Assembly (NCBI GenBank): GCA_951406725.2 | Contig: OX597837.1 | Location: forward strand, 45,942,001-46,006,000 | Source: Octopus vulgaris | Lineage: Eukaryota | Direction of reading: 5' to 3' | Length of the DNA: 64,000 nt | Shown: one piece after another, positions 57,699 to 64,000 of the stretch | Layout: the number at the start of each line of letters is the position of its first letter | Numbering within the stretch: position 1 is the first letter of the stretch | Notes under the pieces: generated by a model | The model's database searches: none | What the model was told of the DNA's origin: nothing | The model's input: only the letters and a program-made list of their open reading frames with translations | Position numbers and translations under genes: made by a program

Positions 57699-60600
57699 TC
57701 AGAATTTGGGCACTATGGCCCACTCAAGTAGAGAGTTATTGTTTACAGAGACATATCCGGGTGTAGGGGGTTTATCCGGGATTTCTTGAAGGAATCTGTC
57801 CAAAGACTTCTTGAACCCTATAGGGTCAGTTTCTGTTTTAATGTGTTTTGGTGTAATGTTAAAGAGAGCGGGGCCAATTGAGGTGAAATAATTGTGCCGT
57901 ATTGTTGTTATGAGATGAGAGTGCGATTTTTGTTTTGGGCGGATGGCACGGGGCCCAAGGCTTGGATGTACCTTAAAGGTGATGCCAACATCATTTGGGC
58001 AATGCTGATGGAATATTTTCCACATCATGCAGATGATGTAGCGCTCACGACGACGTTGGAGAGAATAGAGTTTTAGCTTTTCTAGTCGACCCCAATAGTC
58101 GAGGCCTGTCATGCCATCTATCTTTTTTGTGATTGCCCTTTGAGGTGCTTCGACTTTTTTGATACCTTGTATTGTGTGGGGAGACCACAGTGGACAACAG
58201 TATTCAAGGTGGGGTCGGGCAAAAGTGGAGAAGAGAAGGATAATGGTGTGGATATCTCTCGACTGGAAAGTTCTGAGAATCCAGGAACACATTCTGCGGG
58301 CCATGTCAACTTTGGTGTTTATATGAGTGGCCCAGCTTACGTTGTTGTCCACAATTACTCCCAAGTCTCTGATGTTGTTGGACGCCGCGAGAGTTTCACC
58401 TGAAGGAAGGGAGTATGGAAGTTTCAGGGCATCCTCTTTTCCAAAGTGGATTAGCTCAAATTTATCCTCGTTCAGCAGCATATTGTTTTTTTCTGCCCAT
58501 TGGATAACAGCCAGTAGATCTGACTGAAGGCATGTCCGGTCACTCGCCTCATTTATGACCTTCTGTAGCTTGGAGTCATCTGCAAAGATTTTTATGTTGC
58601 TGTGCTTGATGATGTCATTAATGTCATTAATGTAAATGATGAAAAGAAGTGGGCCCAGCACAGTGCCTTGCGGAACGCCACTACTGACTTTGGCTGGGCT
58701 TGATTTTACCCCTTCAACTACAACATGTTGAGATCTGTCTGTCAGGAAACACTTAATCCATTTCAGTAACTTTCCAGAGACACCAATGTTGGATAGTTTT
58801 TTCAATAGGATCTTGTGATCGACCCTGTCGAAGGCCTTACTGAAATCAAGGTAGATGACATCGGTGTTGGAGCCCTCTCCCAAAGCTCTCAAAATGTCCT
58901 CAAAGTGATGCAGGAGCTGCGTTAGGCAGTCCCTTCCATTACGGAACCCATGTTGGTTGGAGATCAGCCGTCTGTTGCTTTCCAGAAATTGGGTTATTTG
59001 AGATCTCACCACCCTCTCAAATACCTTGATGATATGAGAGGTGAGTGAGATCGGACGGTAATTCACTGCAAGGGACTTGTTTCCCTTTTTGAAAACTGGG
59101 ACAACAGACTGGGACAGAAGGTTTTTTGGAATATAGCCAGCATCCAGTGAGTTTCTCCACAGATTAGCAAGGGGAGATGCAAGTTGGTGTCGACACACCT
59201 TCAGGACACAAGCAGGGAACCTATCGGGGCCTACTGCTGAATTGTGTTTTATTTCGTTTATCGCCGCTAAGACATCAGGGGCACTAAACGTTATGTCCGA
59301 TATAGTGTGTTGGGGGTTGACATCACTGATACAGCCCAGATCGGCCATATCAGGATTGCTGAAAACAGAGCAGTATTGTTTCTGCAGTATCTCGGCCATG
59401 GATTTGGCATTATCTTGAGAGTGCCAGTTTCGTCAATTAGAGGGCCTACAGTGGAGACAGTGACCCTGCGTTTCCTCGCAAATGAAAAGAACACTTTGGG
59501 GTTGAGTTTGATTTTTTCAATGGCCCACTTCTCCTCAGCTGATCTTTGGTTATTGATGAGGGACTTCATGCATTGTTGGAGGTTATATTTTTTGGATTCA
59601 AGCAGTGCGATAGCCGTCGAATGTGTGTGTTGCTGTTGGCAGTACTTTAGTTTGTTAATTTTTTTGTTTGTTCTTTTTATTTTTCTGATAATGGTTTTTC
59701 TGTTTTGGGGGATTCTGCACTTTTTGTTCACAGGTCTTGGTGGGGAGTGTTTTGCACATATGTCTGTGACGGTGTCTACAAAGATCTGCCAAGATGTTTT
59801 ATGGTTGGTGGAGATGTGTGTATGTGTAAAGGACCAGTCAACATTTGATAGCTCGTTCCTGATTGCATCCCAGTTGGCTTTATGGAGATCCATGTTGTCA
59901 AATGGGTGGGCTGGAGGAAGGTCACTAGGATTAGCTTTCGGCTGGTGGAATTTCATGTTACAGAGAACCATGTCATGGTCTGAAAGAAGGGTTTTTTCCA
60001 CTGTAACGTTATGTATAGTGTTAGTGTGGTTACTAAACACTAGGTCCAAAATGTTCTGATGTCTTGTTGGTGCAAGGACAAGTTGGGACAAGAAAAACTC
60101 ATTCGTAAAGTCGAAAAGTGACTCTGCTGCTTCTTTGTCAGCGGTTGAGGCGGGAGTGCTTGGTTTCAAACAGTTTGTAGTCCAGTCAACACAGGGTAGA
60201 TTGAAGTCTCCCATCATGAGTATGTTGCTAGAATGGCACTGTTGAATAAAGCACTTAATGCTGTTGAGGCATTCTTTAAAGCACAGTATGGGTGTTTGGG
60301 GCGGCCTATAGAGCCCAATTACTGTCAGATCATTGGCTTTGTTGTGCACGGTGACTGATTCACAGTAGCCGTTGGAGAATATACTATTTCCATCTGCCGT
60401 AAATGAATCATGCAGGAAAATGGCAGTTCCACCCTTCCTCCTGCCGATACGATCCGCGCGGATGGTTGTGAAATTCTTCACTCTCATTTCGGCTTCCAAG
60501 TGGGAGTTGTCAAGGTGGGTCTCAGTGAGAATGAAGAAAGGGATGTGGTGTGAATGGTTACCAACCCAGTCTTCAATGAATTGGACCTTCCATTTTTGTG

Positions 60601-60829
60601 CATTGATGGAAGGGCTGACACCTTGTGCATTGAGTAGGAATGTGGAGGTTAGTGTAGTGGCTGGTTTTGACTGTTCCAGGGGGCTTGGATTTTTTGTGTG
60701 TGTTAGTGGCAGCAATGTGGGGAATTGGTGCACTGGGGTAATAGCATAGGATGGTGTTGAGTGATGGCTAGAATGTTTTTGTGTATCTCTTTTGCCATGT
60801 TCAACATGGCTAAAAAAGAATTTTCCTGC
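57699..60829 (-). CDS. LINE ORF2 (APE endonuclease + reverse transcriptase), one frameshift at ~59416
   Basis: LLNAQG, LTETH, GLYRPP, MGDFN, NILDLVF, SDH; then NYRPISLTS, YLDFSKAFDRV, SGVPQGTVLGPLLF, FADDSK, RDLGV, SLQRRRERY. Confidence 0.9.
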
Positions 60830-61932
60830 TTAGGGAGCAGTTTTTGGCTGGAGGTGTGGTTGCACTGTTGGATAGGGTTGTAGTTTCCACTTTTGTTGTT
60901 GTTGTTTTTGTGTCTTCCTGAAAAGACTGGACCAGCATTACTGCAGCATGGTGTGTTTCTATTTTTATTGTTATTCAGGTTTGTGTGTTGGCTTGAGGCC
61001 CCGTTTCTGTTTGTGCGTCGGGTCCCTGGAAGATGAGTGAAGGGACAGTCACTCAGTAGACATGTTCTCTCACGTTGGGAATACCGGCAGATTTTGGGAC
61101 TCCGAGTTGTGTGTGTTTTGAATTTCGATTTACTATTTGGTGGTGTTGATGTTATTGTGGGATGCGTGCTTTGGCCTTGGCCAGTAGTGCGTCTAGTGCC
61201 GGGTAGATGCGTGAAGATGCAGTCACTATTTGTGCAGAGTCTCTGGCGCAGTGAATAGCGGCATATTTGGGGATTTCTTGTTTGTGCCGTGGGGGGCGCA
61301 TTCTGCTTCCTATGTTTCTTTAAGTTTTTGTTACTGCAGTAGTATTGAGGTGGTGATGTGGGGGAAGAGGGCAGTGGTTTCTTATTTGGTTTTCTGTTGG
61401 TATTTTTGGTGATAGAAGACGATGGTGGCAGCGGTGGTGATGATGATGATGATAATTGTGGTGGTTGCTGTGAGAGCGGTGAAAAGATACTGGCATTTAG
61501 TGAATCGTCTAGTAAGCTAGAGTTGAGGAGTGGCTGTTGTTGTTCTTGTTGCTGTGGCTGTTGTTGTTGTTGTTGTGCCTGACCGATGTCAGGGTCAGCC
61601 ATTGTGTTGGGAACCAGGAGTGGCTCATTCTGTTGTTGTTGTTGTTGTGGCTGCTGATTTTCTAGCTGTTGTTGTTCTTGAACTGTGAAAATATGTAGAA
61701 GCTTTTCATAATGGCCTCTTATCAGTTTGAAAGATACTTCGATATGTTTCAACTTGCTACGAATCTGTTTGACGGATCGTGTGTTGACCACTTGTGATGT
61801 TTTTTCGGCAATCTCATTCAAACACAAGACATTTAGATTTTCTGTTTGGGAAAGAGAGAGCCATGTGTTTATTAAAACATCAATTTCGTTATCAGACCAA
61901 TTTCGTCTGTTGCAGGCCTGCAAGTTAGTCAT
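60703..61932 (-). CDS. LINE ORF1, 409 aa: SANT/Myb-like N-terminus, Q/P/S-rich linker, two CCCH fingers
   Basis: WSDNEIDVLINTW...RSVKQIRSKLKHI; CRYSLRQRLCTNSDCIFTH and CRYSQRERTCLLSDCPFTH. Confidence 0.8.
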   Translation of the reverse strand: MTNLQACNRRNWSDNEIDVLINTWLSLSQTENLNVLCLNEIAEKTSQVVNTRSVKQIRSKLKHIEVSFKLIRGHYEKLLHIFTVQEQQQLENQQPQQQQQQNEPLLVPNTMADPDIGQAQQQQQQPQQQEQQQPLLNSSLLDDSLNASIFSPLSQQPPQLSSSSSPPLPPSSSITKNTNRKPNKKPLPSSPTSPPQYYCSNKNLKKHRKQNAPPTAQTRNPQICRYSLRQRLCTNSDCIFTHLPGTRRTTGQGQSTHPTITSTPPNSKSKFKTHTTRSPKICRYSQRERTCLLSDCPFTHLPGTRRTNRNGASSQHTNLNNNKNRNTPCCSNAGPVFSGRHKNNNNKSGNYNPIQQCNHTSSQKLLPKQENSFLAMLNMAKEIHKNILAITQHHPMLLPQCTNSPHCCH

Positions 61933-62219
61933 GTTTGTTTTTCTTTTGTTTGTTTTCCTTTTGATTTTTGAAAATATATATATTCTTTCTTGGGAGTTAA
62001 AGAAGTGTATATATATATAAATGTTCTCTCTTAAGGGTGTGAGTTTTTGATTATTTGGTTGTTTGAGGATATTAAAAGAAAAACAGGTGTATATAACAAT
62101 TTGTAGTTAAATGAAAACGTACTTACAGGTTTGTAGGCAAACACGTGGTTACAAATATATATATATTTAAGGTCAGTTAGTTTTGAAGCTGTGTAGCTTG
62201 CTACTGACTCGGGGAGAGA

Positions 62220-62412
<193 letters not shown>

Positions 62413-62428
62413 GGAGAGAAACAAATAT

Positions 62429-64000
62429 GATTGATTGATTGATTGATTCCAGTTTCAGCTCATGAGCTGTGGCCATGCTGGGGCACCGCCATTTGGTGTT
62501 GCTACTTGGTTTCACTTCATGGAGGCTTTCTAGCAACTGCTATTTGGTGCATGAGAGAGTTCGATGCAGCTGCCCTCATCTGCCCCTCCTGCCGTGAAGT
62601 TGGTTCATCTGGGACACCTGACAGGAAGAGATCCAGCTCCATTTTAAAGACATCTGTATTCACCCCATGCAGGTCTCTCAGGTTCATCGGGAGGATATTG
62701 AAGAGCTGTGGGCCTCGGAAGCCCAGGCTATCACAGAATCTTGTCCTACATCTTGATGGTAAGTTTGGAGTCCTAGGCACCACGCAGTGGCGCCCAGTTC
62801 TGGCGTTTGCGTAACTCTCGATGCCAAAGTTCAGGACACTTCCCTCCAGGATCTTCCAGATGTATATTATGGCATATCTTTCCCGCCTACGCTCCAGGGA
62901 ATATAATTTTAATCTCTTGAGTCTTTCCCAGTAGCTTACATTCTGCATAGAGGCTATCTTCTTCGTGTAGCTTCGTTGGATCGCCTCAAGTTCTGTGATC
63001 AACTTGACACTGGATGGTGACCATAGCTGAGAGCAATAGTCAAAGTGACTTAGGACAAGTGTCTTCCAGAGGACCATCATGGTTTCTTGTTCTCTTGTTC
63101 TAAAGGTTCTAAGAATCCATCCAGCCAGGCGTCTGCATTTCACTGTCAGTTTAGCAACATGTACATGAAAGGTCGCGTCATCACTCATGTGAATACCCAG
63201 GTCACGCACTGATTGTGCCTCTGGGATTGCAATCCCTCCGGGTCCAGTGTATTCATTGGGTATTGCATTCAGTTTTGCATGCTGATAGTATAAAGCTTGA
63301 AACTTTTCAGCATTGAACTGCATGCTATTCTTTTCAGCCCACTTGTATATTTCGTCCAGCTCATATTGCAGGTGCCTAGTGTCTTCAGGGTTCTGTATTG
63401 CCTGTGAAACTTTTGTATCATCTGCATAACTTGTGATCGTGGCTCTCCGCGTGGCTGAGGGCATGTCTGAGAGGGCCATTATGAACAGTAGTGGTCCCAA
63501 AACAGTGCCCTGTGGAACACCGCTCACTATTTGCGTGCTAATGGAAGTGGCCCCATTGGCTACTACCACCTGACTTCTATTCTTCAGAAAGTCGTGAAGC
63601 CATTCTCCTAGTTTTCCAACTATGCCAAGATCACGCAGTTTGTGACATATCATTCCATGATCGACTTTATCGAAGGCCTTTGCGAAGTCGAGATATATGA
63701 CTTCCACATTTGAGTGGTTGAGCAGTTGTTTCAGCACCCAGTCATAGTGCTGCAGGAGCTGAGTTAAGCAGCTTCTTCCTGGTCGGAAACCATGTTGGGT
63801 GTCAGGCAGCAAGTCATTTTCTTCAAGGAAGGTGATTAGTTTCCTTCTGACTATTCGTTCCATGACCTTGCTGATGTGTGAGGTCAGAGAGATAGGTCTG
63901 TAGTTCTTGGCCTCCGCTCTGCTACCTCCTTTATGAATAGGGCATATTTTACCTTCCTTCAGTTTTCTTGGAAGTTTGCCAGCTGCAAGGAAGCTCTGAA
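62429..64000 (-). mobile_element. Second CR1/L2-group LINE (3' part; continues beyond window)
   Basis: Uninterrupted RT ORF to 62517 (YLDFAKAFDKV, SGVPQGTVLGPLLF, YADDTK, SLERRRERY); 3' tail (CAAT)n. Confidence 0.92.

Noticed and set aside
59307-61582. Plus-strand ORFs over the LINE
   Set aside because: Antisense shadows of ORF1 and ORF2 with no recognisable motifs.

Overview
Eukaryotic, AT-rich, repeat-dominated DNA. The SINE families and microsatellite load strongly resemble a coleoid cephalopod (Octopus-like); this is inferred from repeat style only. One host gene is clear: the first four coding exons of INTS13/asunder (Integrator subunit 13) on the minus strand (22603->15536), with canonical GT-AG junctions and matching phases. 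Its later exons were not found and probably lie left of the window. The rest is transposon and repeat sequence: tRNA-derived SINEs, RTE, CR1-type and Dong/R4-type LINE fragments, Helitron and Tc1/mariner remnants, MITEs, a ~14 kb 29-bp satellite ending at a 100-N gap, and very long (TA)n tracts. Four observations stand out. (1) Several unrelated short inserts in (TA)n tracts carry type I hammerhead ribozyme folds with palindromic helix III (Penelope/retrozyme-like). One has a perfect core (3002-3044), and two sit in inverted-repeat foldbacks. (2) A near-intact LINE has an ORF1 with a SANT/Myb-like domain and two CCCH fingers. (3) Its AUG-less ORF2 overlaps ORF1 in the -1 frame at an in-frame U_UUU_UUA slippery site. 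(4) A resident LINE and the dominant SINE share a 3' stem-loop tail. Most ORFs in the track are microsatellite or satellite artefacts. TE boundaries are read by eye and approximate.
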